Shown here piece by piece: positions 1 through 10,976 of a DNA stretch of 64,000 bases. Numbering within the stretch: position 1 is the stretch's first letter; the number at the start of each line of letters is the position of its first letter. The stretch comes from Octopus vulgaris (Eukaryota): positions 32,984,001 to 33,048,000 of the forward strand of contig OX597840.1 of the NCBI GenBank assembly GCA_951406725.2. The letters are read 5' to 3'. The notes under the pieces were generated by a model, which saw nothing but the letters and a program-made list of their open reading frames with translations, did no database searches and had not been told where the DNA came from. The position numbers and the translations under genes were made by a program.

Positions 1-105
1 TTTCAACAACACTATTTCAGACAAAAAACTCACGTTTCGTTTTTGAGAATCAATGAATAAGTCAAAGTGACGTCCTGTCGGGTTCACGACTGCATAATGT
101 TGGGT
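1..105 (-). repeat. Second copy of the Tx1 element 5' end (direct repeat of 5294-5399), cut by the window edge
   Basis: 1-105 matches 5294-5399 except one A-run length difference and one substitution (caatgaataa vs caataaataa). Confidence 0.9.
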
Positions 106-356
106 GTTTTATTATTACCCACAAGGGGCCAACAAAGAGGGGACAATACAACCTGATGTGGGGTCAGATTCACGTATGAGGTTACAAAAGTATGAGTTTA
201 AAAATTTCAAAAATTCACAAAAATTGCAAAAATTATAAAAATCGAATGAGAAAAAACAGACCGGAAGACACTACAGGTGGAGTGGGGGCGGGTTCAGCTC
301 GGACCCCACGAGCCCCGCCTCACCACTGATACTTTTGGTTTCGTTTTGATCTACAT

Positions 357-3300
357 TTATGTGGTGTCATTCATTCTCAACTTCCGTGCTACATCCTTCC
401 ATCGTTCTTCATACACTCTTTTAGTCAGGCATTTTCTCTCCAGCCCTATCTTCCTTTTCAGGTGGTAGATGAAGTAATTCATCAACCCAGGGCCGGATAT
501 GAACTTGCCTGACCGTATACCTTTCATTCTCGTCTTCCATATCACCTCCTTCGCAATTGCTACCACAACGAGAAAACAAGTCTTACCTTCTTTCGCGAGG
601 AAATCTGGTGGGTCAATTTTTTTAATACACTCAGTCGACAGCTGTACTCTTCGTGTGCTTGACAACAGCTGTTCGGCATAAACCCACACCTCAGACACGT
701 CCGAACAATGAACAATAGCGTGCGGGACGGTTTCCCTATCCCGCCCGCATCTTGGACACATCGGACTGTCTTGGCCACCGTGCCTTGCGAGTTTATCCCG
801 AACAGGTAGAGCTCCTCTGTAGCATTGCCATGTCAGAGACTTCTGGAAGTTGTCCAGAGTCTTCGGCTCGAACGTACGTCGGAACAGACTAGCCAGCTGA
901 TTATCGTCGAGACCCAGGGTTTCCCCCAAGGTGTCTTCACATTCCGCCTCTACCAACCCTCTATAGAAGAATGTGGTGGAACCCCCACCGCAGGCGTTGC
1001 CCGAGCGACGGAATAGCAGGAGGGCCTTTCGACACTCCGTATACCATGTACCGAGTTTCGATCTACGATTCAACCAGGTTTCCCATCCACCGAAACTAGT
1101 GAACTTGGGAAACATCAGTTTTGCTAACGGAGACCACACCCGTTCACCATCCAGGTAGAGCCACAGATGTCTTAACCTCAGCGCATGTCTGCGCATCATC
1201 AGCCAAGGCATCCCTAGCCCACCCTTTAACGGTTGTTGACAGCAAGTAGAGCGTTTCACAAGTGGTTTCCTGCCCTTCCACAGGAAGTAGAAGAGCTGTC
1301 TTTCCAACTTGGTCAACCACGAATCAGGGCATGGAACGACGGAAAGGCGGTAGATGATAACCGATGCGATAAACACATTGGCCACCTCCGCCCTCCCTTT
1401 CAAGGATAGCCACCGCCTAGACCAGGTCTTGGCTACTGCAGCCACCTTGCTCGTTACCTCGCCCCAATTCTTCTCTATTTGGAGGTCTGGACCGAACCAG
1501 ACCCCTAGCAGTTTAATCGGACCCTCCGTCCAACGTCCCACGACGCTGTCAGGAGGCATCGACTTGCCTCTCCAGGTGCCGAGTTGCAAGCCGACTGACT
1601 TTTCGCGATTAACTTTTGCTCCTGTCACCGTCTCGTAATCCTCTATGGCCTTGCCTACTTTACATAGGTGGTCCATTTCGGTCACGATGATGGTGATGTC
1701 GTCCGCGTACGCTGACACTGATTTTCCATTACCTGGCTGTCTCGGGATGCCGCTCAGTTTTCGCAGTAATGGCTCAAGAGCCATCACGTACAAAAGCGGG
1801 GAGAGCGGACACCCTTGACGAACCGAGCGTTTGATTTTGAACGGCTTCGACAAGAAGCCGTTCACCCGAACTACCGAGTCGATGTTGTCGTAAATTTGGA
1901 TAATCCACCTGAGGAAGCCAAGGCCCAGTCCGAACTGTGCCAGAGCAGACACCAGGTAACGATGGTCGACCCTATCAAAAGCTTTGGATTGGTCTAAATG
2001 GACCAGTGCCCCACCCTTGCCAGAATCACTATTAAACCCCTCTATAGTGTACCGCATTAGATGGAGATTATCCTGAATGGTTCTGCCCGGAACGGCACAT
2101 GTCTGTGCCTCCCCGATCAGACCATCCGCGACACGCGCCAATCTTTTCGATAACACTTTGGCCAAAATCTTCAACTCTGTGTTTAGCAGAGTGATGGGCC
2201 TGAAATTATCAATGCACTCCCCCTTGCTCGGGTCCTTTCTGACGAGAGTCACCACTCCCCGGCGCACAGATCTGGGTATCAACCCGTTCTGCTGCCAGTT
2301 CGCATAGACTTCCGCCAGTAGGTGCCCGAACAAGTCTGGCATATTCTTATATAACTCGTAGGGTAGACCATCCAAACCCGGCGCCTTGCCCGCGCCGCAG
2401 TCCGCCATTGCCTCCACCACCTCCTCAGGCGTGATTGGCCCTTCACAGCCCTCCGCATCTCGCCCCGATAGGCGCGGCAGCCCGTCGAGTAGGTCCGTAA
2501 AGGCCCTCCTCCTATCCAGTCCGCCGCACTCACCGAAAAGCTGAGCGAAGTGCTCCTGAAAGGCCTCACACATCTCCTCGGGTTCGTCTATCAACTCACC
2601 TTGTTGGTTCTTCAAAGATCGAATCGTGGCATCGTTGCCATTCCGGGCTTCCACCACTCGGGCCCATCTCACGGCGTTGATTCCTTCACATCCCATATGA
2701 CGGATTCTAGCCCTGACAATGCAGCCCATGTGTTTGGCCTCGAGGTGCTGGTTTAACACCAGTCTCTTGGACGCCACCTGAGCCGCAGAGCCAGTTTTCA
2801 TGGCTTCCTCTAATTCCTTAACTAGAGTAGTTACCCTTCTAGCCTCTCTAGACACTACTCCTATGCTATATCTAATAGACTCAAACTTGATGGCTCGTTT
2901 GAGGGCGTACCACCATTTGTTATTAATGATGGCACCAGACAGCGCCCTCTGAATTATGGTCCTAATCCGGTCTCTGTACTCCTTAATCGCCAAAAGGGAC
3001 GTATTAAGTTTCCAGTAACCGGATCCTCTCTTTCTAACCTTATCTATGTCAAGCTTACAAGTGACCATTTTATGATCACTGTAGCTGATCGGGAAAAACT
3101 GTGGACGCTTAGCTATTTTACTGTCTACCTTTCTAATTAGAATTCTATCTATGTATGACCTGGAAGATCCGTCGCTGTTTGACCATGTCCACAATGGAGC
3201 GTTCGGAAATTCCAACCTATAAGGATCTGCTAGCTCAAAGCGGCTTAGCAGTTCCAGGAAGCATGTGTTACCTTTTCTATCATTCGAGCCAACACAATCT

Positions 3301-3752
3301 ACATCCGCTTTGCAAATTGTGTTAAAGTCTCCTAGCATAACTATTGAATGCGAAGTACCGAGAAAGTTCTCTAGATCACGATAATAATCACTTTGCCCAT
3401 TATTACTGCAGGGTGCGTAAATTGCAACCAGTCTGATAACTTTACCGTTACTGAACGTCAAATCCATGACGACCAGCCTACCTTCTGGGTCTGAAAAAAT
3501 TAACTTTTTCTCAAAAACCCGGTTTCTTTTTAGTAGGACCAACACCCCACTCCCGCCTGCAGGACTGCCAGGAGAGAAAAAACTCTCGTAGCCGTCAAAC
3601 AGTGGGAGTAGATCTCTTGGCCCCTTTAACCGGGTTTCTGTAGCAACAATAACATCCAAATTGCGCGACCTGATATCATTAAGGAAGCGACCTTGCTTCC
3701 CGCTTGATCCCAGGCCGCGCACATTTAAACAACCAACAGAAATGTAGTTCAT
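357..3752 (-). CDS. Tx1 ORF2 polyprotein: APE endonuclease, reverse transcriptase, C-terminal zinc finger
   Basis: APE motifs CLNVRGL, ETR, GDFN, YIDRIL, SDH; RT motifs APGLDG, FRPITLLN, DQSKAFDRV, RQGCPLSP, YADD (~1698-1709); CPRC...H...C finger; first ATG at 3752, no stops over ~1131 aa. Confidence 0.95.
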   Translation of the reverse strand: MNYISVGCLNVRGLGSSGKQGRFLNDIRSRNLDVIVATETRLKGPRDLLPLFDGYESFFSPGSPAGGSGVLVLLKRNRVFEKKLIFSDPEGRLVVMDLTFSNGKVIRLVAIYAPCSNNGQSDYYRDLENFLGTSHSIVMLGDFNTICKADVDCVGSNDRKGNTCFLELLSRFELADPYRLEFPNAPLWTWSNSDGSSRSYIDRILIRKVDSKIAKRPQFFPISYSDHKMVTCKLDIDKVRKRGSGYWKLNTSLLAIKEYRDRIRTIIQRALSGAIINNKWWYALKRAIKFESIRYSIGVVSREARRVTTLVKELEEAMKTGSAAQVASKRLVLNQHLEAKHMGCIVRARIRHMGCEGINAVRWARVVEARNGNDATIRSLKNQQGELIDEPEEMCEAFQEHFAQLFGECGGLDRRRAFTDLLDGLPRLSGRDAEGCEGPITPEEVVEAMADCGAGKAPGLDGLPYELYKNMPDLFGHLLAEVYANWQQNGLIPRSVRRGVVTLVRKDPSKGECIDNFRPITLLNTELKILAKVLSKRLARVADGLIGEAQTCAVPGRTIQDNLHLMRYTIEGFNSDSGKGGALVHLDQSKAFDRVDHRYLVSALAQFGLGLGFLRWIIQIYDNIDSVVRVNGFLSKPFKIKRSVRQGCPLSPLLYVMALEPLLRKLSGIPRQPGNGKSVSAYADDITIIVTEMDHLCKVGKAIEDYETVTGAKVNREKSVGLQLGTWRGKSMPPDSVVGRWTEGPIKLLGVWFGPDLQIEKNWGEVTSKVAAVAKTWSRRWLSLKGRAEVANVFIASVIIYRLSVVPCPDSWLTKLERQLFYFLWKGRKPLVKRSTCCQQPLKGGLGMPWLMMRRHALRLRHLWLYLDGERVWSPLAKLMFPKFTSFGGWETWLNRRSKLGTWYTECRKALLLFRRSGNACGGGSTTFFYRGLVEAECEDTLGETLGLDDNQLASLFRRTFEPKTLDNFQKSLTWQCYRGALPVRDKLARHGGQDSPMCPRCGRDRETVPHAIVHCSDVSEVWVYAEQLLSSTRRVQLSTECIKKIDPPDFLAKEGKTCFLVVVAIAKEVIWKTRMKGIRSGKFISGPGLMNYFIYHLKRKIGLERKCLTKRVYEERWKDVARKLRMNDTT

Positions 3753-5091
3753 CACTTACCTTATATCGGTAGTTTGGCTTTTTCGGCGGTTTCGCCTTCT
3801 TCTTCATTTTTTTTTCTTTGGCTCGTGGGGGAGTCCGACGTAGGCCCTCGTATAGATATGGAGACATGTCCAGTCTCAGAGGGCCCACGTCGTGGAAGAA
3901 CTCGGATTTTATCCTCCTGTAGTCCTTCCGGCCTATTTTATATATGATGAAGTCTTTCATCTTCCTTACACGTTCCACCTTGGCCATGGCTGCCAACACA
4001 TTGACAAGTCTGTTGTTAGTAGCCTTAATGGCCATAAATGAAGAAGTAACCTCTTTCCTTTTCTTTAGGTTTTCTTCTTCTTGAGGGGTGGTTTCAGTTT
4101 TCCGTTTTTTTTTGGTAACTTTAGACCACCCCTCCTCTTTTTCGTTTTCTTTTTCCTTTTCTGCAGCTTTTTCCACCTCTTTGGTTTCCTTTTTTTCCTC
4201 CGTTTCTTCTTTCTCCGACGGTTCTTCTGTCTGCGGTTTCGGTTGACACTCCGCTCTCACGTGCCCCTTCTTTCCGCAGCCGAAGCACCTCGGTTTTCTT
4301 CCTTCTACGAATACTAGAACTCGCTCCTCCTCATCTAGCCTCAGCACCTCTGGTATTTCTTCCAGAGTCTGGGCCTCTGCTTGTATAGCCATTGTTATGA
4401 TCTGGCCCTGCCAAAATCCCTCCTCCTCCACTGTAGCTTGGAGGATGTTGATTTTTTCTTTCAGGCCCAGCATCACTGCCGCCACCAGGCATGAGGCGTC
4501 TGCCTCTGGGGGAATATTTCTCATTACTATCTTTGAAGTCCTTCTTCCTTTGTACAAGGGTAGAAGGACTAGATTTCCCGCTTTCTGAGGTTCTGTGGAT
4601 AGCTTCTTAGCTATTTCTTCTGTTCTGAACCTCACTTCTACTGTTCCGAACCGTCTTCCTCTATTGATGTAAGTGATATCTTTTCTGATTGTCTTCAGGC
4701 ACTCCTCTATTTTGCATTCTTCCACTTTTTGTATGCTTTTTGTAGTCGTGCTGTATGTCTTGTATATAATTCTTTTCTTTTCTATCTCTTCCTTTTTTTC
4801 CATATCTTTTTTCACTGCAATTTCATTTCCTTCTTTCTTTAGAAGGTCTTCATATTTCTCTAGGTTTTCTATATCTATATCTTTCTGTTTGCGTCCAACA
4901 ACTTCCGCAAACTTCTTTGTTGGGGCCTTTTGTTCTGGCGTTACCGCCGATTCTTTTTCCGGTGTCACCGCCGGCGTGCTTCTCTCACCCGAGGTTTGAG
5001 ATTCTTCATCACCTGAAATGGGTGAATAGGTAATGGGGAAATCCATTTCGAATTTTCCTTCCAGTTTGTATTCACTGCCTTCCAAAGACAT
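3679..5091 (-). CDS. Tx1 ORF1 gag-like nucleic-acid-binding protein with CCHC zinc knuckle
   Basis: CFGCGKKGHVRAEC knuckle, K/E-rich segments, GWSKVTKKKRK; likely start MSLEG at 5091, downstream of the 5'UTR A-run. Confidence 0.85.
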   Translation of the reverse strand: MSLEGSEYKLEGKFEMDFPITYSPISGDEESQTSGERSTPAVTPEKESAVTPEQKAPTKKFAEVVGRKQKDIDIENLEKYEDLLKKEGNEIAVKKDMEKKEEIEKKRIIYKTYSTTTKSIQKVEECKIEECLKTIRKDITYINRGRRFGTVEVRFRTEEIAKKLSTEPQKAGNLVLLPLYKGRRTSKIVMRNIPPEADASCLVAAVMLGLKEKINILQATVEEEGFWQGQIITMAIQAEAQTLEEIPEVLRLDEEERVLVFVEGRKPRCFGCGKKGHVRAECQPKPQTEEPSEKEETEEKKETKEVEKAAEKEKENEKEEGWSKVTKKKRKTETTPQEEENLKKRKEVTSSFMAIKATNNRLVNVLAAMAKVERVRKMKDFIIYKIGRKDYRRIKSEFFHDVGPLRLDMSPYLYEGLRRTPPRAKEKKMKKKAKPPKKPNYRYKVSDELHFCWLFKCARPGIKREARSLP

Positions 5092-5564
5092 TCTGGCTTT
5101 GCAGCCGTTAGTAGAAAATATTTTTTTTTTTTTTTTTTTTTTTTTGTTTTTTGAATGTGTTTCGTACACGAAGGCACACAATAATTCCCCCACGGGGGGG
5201 AACTACGTACACAACCTTCGCGCGAAGGCCACTAACCGTCTTATTAAAAGACACAAAATAACAATATTAACACAGCAACAATAAACTACTAACTTTCAAC
5301 AACACTATTTCAGACAAAAAAACTCACGTTTCGTTTTTGAGAATCAATAAATAAGTCAAAGTGACGTCCTGTCGGGTTCACGACTGCATAATGTTGGGTT
5401 CTGCATTTTTTTTTTCAAGAGGATTCCACGTTTAAATAAGAAATGAAAATCATTTAAGTTAATCATGCAATTTTGGGAATATTCCATTTTTTACTGATAT
5501 ATACTACAATAACAAAGAAATTATTTAAGATTTTAGATTTATGCATAAGTATTCTTATGGTTCC

Positions 5565-5870
5565 AAAACACATGGTTCTCAGTTCAGCCCCACTGTGTGG
5601 TAACTTGGCATGTGTCTTCTACTATAGCCTGAGACCAACCAAAGCCTTGTCAGTGGATTTTGTAGACAGAAACTGAAAGAAATCAATCGTATATATATCT
5701 ATGTATGTATGTAAGTCTGTGTGTGTGTCTTTGTGTTTCTCCCTCATCACTGCTTCACAACTGGTGTTCGTTTATTTACATCCCCATAACATACTGGTTT
5801 CACAAGAAGAAACTGATAGAATAAGTACCAGGCTTATCAAAATTTAAAAAAGCTCTACGCAGTGTCTCAC
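5565..5870 (+). mobile_element. Degenerate SINE-A copy
   Basis: Diverged match to SINE-A (catggttc..gttcag, tgtcttctactatagcc, gtggatt.gtagac.gaaactgaaaga). Confidence 0.7.
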
Positions 5871-5948
5871 ATATATATGGATTTCGTGGACAGGAACTGA
5901 AACAAATCAATCGTATATATATGTATGTATATATGTAAGTGTATGTGT

Positions 5949-8653
5949 TTTAGTATTGGCAACATGAATGACAATGGCCAGAGACTACTTGAATTTTGCA
6001 CATACCATAACCTGTGCATCACCAACACATTCTTTCCCAACAAGACATCCCACAAGGCATCTTGGAGACATCCAAGATCTCACCACTGGCATCAGTTGGA
6101 TCTCATCATTACACGAAGATCCTTTCTGAATTCTGTTCAACTGACCCGTAGCGCGGATTGTGACACAGATCATTCACTAATAAGAAGGGTGAGGATTCTG
6201 CCTAAAAAGTCCATCACTCCAAGAAAATGAGCCAACCACGCATTAACACTGCCAGAACCTCGGACCCTACACTGCGACAATGTTTTGCTGTTTCTATCAA
6301 GGTTGCCCTCAGTAGCTGCCCAACCTCCTCTGCTGAAAGTAGGAGGAATTATATCAGGGAAGCTTTGTATACCACATCAATAGATACTTTCGGAATGAGA
6401 GAAAGGTAAAACCCAGATTTTGTTCAGTACTGGGCTCTCAGAGCTGGAAACAGTTATCGAAGCAAAGCGTGCAGCTCTGATGCAATACAAGAGTGTTTCT
6501 TCTACAACGTCACTCGAAGAACTCAGAAAGGCAAGAAATAAAACCCAACTCACTGTCAGACGCTGTGCAAATGGGTATTGACAGGAAATCTGTCAGAGTA
6601 TCCAGTCAGCTGCTGACAGTGGTGACACCCGTGGGATGTATGCCGGTTTGAAGAAGGCCCTCGGTCCATCCGCAACCACCTCAGCCCCTCTGAAATCAAC
6701 TACTGGAGATCTCATCAAGGACCAAAGCAAGCAAAAGGATACATGGATGGAGTACTACCAGAATCCCTACACACGAGAGGTAGTTGAGGCTGCAATCGAG
6801 GGTGTCAAGATCTTGCCAGTCATGTGTGAACTTGACAGTCTGCCATCTATAGCAGAGCTCACCAAATCTATTGACTCCCTAGCAAGTAACAAGGCTCCGG
6901 GGAAAGACGGCATCCCCTTAGAGATCATCAAAACCGGCAAAAATACCATCTTGCTTCGGCACATTCATGAGCTTCTGTGTCAGTGCTGGTAAGAGGGTAC
7001 AGTCCCTCAGAATATGCGGGATGCTAACATCATTACGCTTTACAAAAATAAAAGCGACCGTGATGATTGTAACAATTACCGTGGAATATCTCTTCTAAGC
7101 ACAGTTGGAAAGGCCTCTGCTCGCATTATCCTGTCCAGGCTGCTTCTCGAATTTATCCAGAATCGCAGTGTGGCTTTAGAAGCAGATCAACTATTGACAT
7201 GATATTCTCCATACGCCAACTTCAGAAGTCCAGAGAGCAGAACATGCCATTATATATGGCCTTCATTGATCTGACAAAGGGCTTTGACTTGGTAAGTAGA
7301 AAAGGCCTCTTCATCCTGCTCCAAAAATCGGATGTCCACCAAAGCTGCTGAGGATCATCAAATCATTCCATGCTAATATGCAAGGCACCATACAGCACAA
7401 TGGTTCAACATCAGCCGCCTTCCAAATAAAAAATGGGGTAGAGCAAGGTTGTGTCCTTGCTCCTACATTATTTGGCATCTTCTTCTCGCTGCTGCTGTCA
7501 CATGCCTTTGAGACATGACATCAGATGATGCAGTGTTTCTGCACAGTAGAAGTGATGGGAAACTGTTTAATCTCTCGCGTCTGCGTGCCAAGACCAAAAT
7601 CTCAGAAGCGTCCTGATCAAGGAGATGCTATTTGCTGATGATGCCGCTCTGGTATCACACACAGAAGAAGCCCTACGAAGGCTCAGCAACTGTTTTGAGC
7701 AAGCATTTGGCAACTTTGGCTTAGTTATCAGCCTCAAGAATACCAACATCATGGGTCAGGCTACATCGGACATCCCAAACATACATATTGGAGACCACAG
7801 AGTATAGGAGGTGGAGAAGTTTACCTATCTTGGCTCTACCGTCACCTACAAACTATCCCTTGATGCTGAGCTCAATATACGCATTGGCAAGGCAGCTGCT
7901 GTGATGGCACAACTCACCAAACGCGCATGGGACAACAATAAGCTGACCAAGACCACAAAAATGAAGATTTACCAGGCACTCTACTGTATGACTTTGACGC
8001 CATACACACGCCATACGACGCCATACACACGCCATACGACGCCATACGTCGCCTAAATATCTTTCACTTGCGCTGTCTCCGGAAAATCCATCGCATCAAA
8101 TGGCAGAATCATGTCCCTAACAAAGATGTCCTCAAGCAAGCAGGAATACCAAGCATGTTTGCACTCTTCACACAAAGACGTATGAGATCGCTTGGACATG
8201 TAAGCCGTATGGAAGATGGCAGAATCCCCAAGGACATACTCAACGGAGAGCTTGCTAGGGGCACTAGGTCTGTGGGAAGACCGTTCTTACGATACAAGGA
8301 TGTTTGCAAAAGGGACATGAATGCCTGCAACATCAATATTACCAACTGGGAAGCAGTTGCCAGCAACCCTGGAGATTGGCGATGTATCGTAAAAGAGGGA
8401 ACACAAAGGAGTGACATAGTGAGAAAGGAGAAATGGAAAGACAAGAAAAGACGTCAACAAAAAACTATGACATTAAGACCAGTCAGGCAAAGTCTTCGCT
8501 ACATTTACGGCACCTGCCAGAGGGAGTGTTTGTCCCGGATAGGACTACACAGCCACAGCAAGAGATGTATTAGGACATGAAATGTAAAAGCCGGACTAGA
8601 TTATTTTATGCGCAACTCCATTGTCTCCTGAGACAAAAAGGATGCCAACAACA
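5949..8653 (+). mobile_element. 5'-truncated, decayed RTE-clade (BovB-like) LINE
   Basis: Broken ORF pieces: NGQRLLEFC..WRHPRS.HWHQLD (APE), KAPGKDGIP, NYRGISLLS, LFADD, FTYLGS, C-terminal C..C..SRIGLHSH; 3' end gtctcctgagacaaaaaggatgcc(aac)n; 78-bp flanking direct repeat. Confidence 0.92.
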
Positions 8654-8917
8654 ATATATATGGATTTCGTAGACAGGAACTGTAACAAATAAATCGTATA
8701 TATATGTATGTATATATGTAAGTGTATGTGTGTGTCTTTGTCTCTGTGTTTCGCCCTCATTACTGCTTCACAACTGCTGTTCACTTATTTACATCCACAT
8801 AACTTACTGGTTTCACAAGAACAAACTAGGCTTATCAACATAAAAAAGCACTAGGCTGTGTCTCATATTTTTGTTTGCCCACTCAGTTGTATCTATCAAT
8901 TTATCTTTGTGTGCGTG

Positions 8918-8968
<51 letters not shown>

Positions 8969-10129
8969 CCTAATGGGAGCCATAAATCCCAAATTTTAGT
9001 AATTTCTTTTATGATCCAAAACTTGGTCAAAAGTACTGAATGGATCTTTATGAAATTTGGAAATTATATTCTATGCATAAGGGCCATAACGCCCATGACA
9101 ATTCATATATTTTTGCTGTTGATGAAATTTTAACTATAGACATTAGACACAAATGAAGTAATATCTATAAAATTTCATCTTACAAAGTTAGAAAGACCCC
9201 TCCATGGGGACTTAACATCTACAATTTTGTCATTTTATCTAAGCAAAAATGAATACAGTTGTGCTCTTGGAAGCTGTAGGGTTACCCGAGCATAAAAGAT
9301 GAGCATTATTTGTAATTCAATGGTACAACAGTGTAACAGTTTGCTTTGACATACACTTACATTGTGATTTCTGCAATGTGCTGCATAAATTGTCAAGTAA
9401 ATGAGAGGCATCTTTTCCTCCACTGATTCAGTTGCAAAGTGTAGAGTAAAATTTATTTGATTGCAGACCTCCTTTCAGTCTTTTTATTATCACTCGGTCA
9501 CACATAGTCCCCAGATGGTAACATTGATTTCAAGGCCTTCCCAGATGAGTGACTGGTTATTCGAAGACATTTATAGATTTTAAATTTATTCTGTCCAGTT
9601 ACGTATCAGTATAGTGGTCATTTGCAAACTACAGAGGTGACACTTTCATTTCTCCTTAGCTCTCACGTCAAACAGTTGTTAATGTTGATTTCAGTTGGGT
9701 CACGCCCTTCCAATTGCTATAGATTCGTAATGCATCTTACGGCTGTGCATGTCACCTGGATGGTGAGGAATCCTACATTAGGAGTGGTAACGACTAGGGT
9801 AGGGTAACTGACTGCTTATTGTGATCATTCGTCTTTTGGTTTCCTGTAGCTTTGCTCTCTTTTACAAACCCAGTGAACATATATTTCCTATTTCAAAGAA
9901 ATTCAAACAATAGATATAAGACCCAAGTTAAAAAGATTTTCAACAATTCAACTTCTCTGGTTGACATTAAGATGCCTACCCCCAACAGGGGCCTTAACTC
10001 TCACATTTTAGAGCTCCATGACCTTCATTTTTCAGGAACAAAATCTTTTTAACAAGTTAAATAAGACTGGAATTTTGGAATATGCGCATAAAAATCAGGA
10101 TTATGGGATACATGTGGCACGATTACAAT

Positions 10130-10279
10130 TTTTTAGGGTGTGTAAAGATTGAAATAACCCTCATCTGCAATTTTGATGAAATTCGAAACATAGATATTCC
10201 AGTTCATCACAGAAGATATAACAGAAAAGTCTAATTCTCCAATTGAATGTAATCGGGCAACGCCGGGTATCTCTGCTAG
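10130..10279 (+). mobile_element. Helitron-type 3' end
   Basis: cgggcaacgccggg hairpin followed by tgCTAG|T at 10276-10280; 5' limit uncertain. Confidence 0.5.
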
Positions 10280-10479
10280 TTATATATAAATATAAATAAG
10301 TAAAAGATATGCAATAAATATAAATATGTATATAAAAGTAAAAATGTACATATATATATATATATATTCTTTCTTTTCTTTCTTTTATTCTTTTACTTGT
10401 TTCGACCCGAACACTTCTTTAAATTAATTCTATATATTTCGCAAGAAAGAACAATAATATTATGTATATACATGCCACC

Positions 10480-10640
10480 ATCGGGGGACAAACACAAACA
10501 CACACACAGTTTCCGTCTACCAAATTCACTCACAAGGCTTTGGTTGGCCTGAGGCTCTAGTAGAAGACCAAGGCGTCACGCAATGGGGCTGAACCCAGAA
10601 CCATGTGGTTGGTAAGCAGGCTACTTACCACACAGCCACT
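10480..10640 (-). mobile_element. Partial SINE-A
   Basis: Reverse-complement head and core (gaaccc.gaaccatgtggttggtaagc..ctacttaccacacagccac). Confidence 0.7.
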
Positions 10641-10648
10641 CATGCATA

Positions 10649-10724
<76 letters not shown>

Positions 10725-10976
10725 TGTGTGTAGTTTGACAAGTGTCAATGAACGAAACTCTCGCCCCTCGAGTCACTCTGTTGCTTCTGCTAAATATTGA
10801 TAAACACATATATGATGAGCTTTTTCAGATTCCGTCAACCACATCTACTCACAAGGGTTTAGTCGACTCAGGGCTATAGTAGAAACACCCGCTCAAAGTG
10901 CCACGCAGCTGGACTGAACCCGGAACGGCTTACAACACAGTCACGCCTGCTACTATTCACATATATACATGATATA

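Larger units (their letters stand above)
106..5399 (-). mobile_element. Full-length Tx1-clade (L1 group) non-LTR retrotransposon, apparently intact
   Basis: 5'UTR ~5092-5399, gag-like ORF1, uninterrupted APE-RT ORF2, 3'UTR 106-356 ending gccccttgtgggtaataataaaac; boundaries set by the repeat at 1-105. Confidence 0.9.

Noticed and set aside
5092-5193. ORF-track N-terminal extension of ORF1 with poly-Lys
   Set aside because: It starts at a GTG and reads through the 5'UTR A-run; the ATG at 5091 is more plausible.
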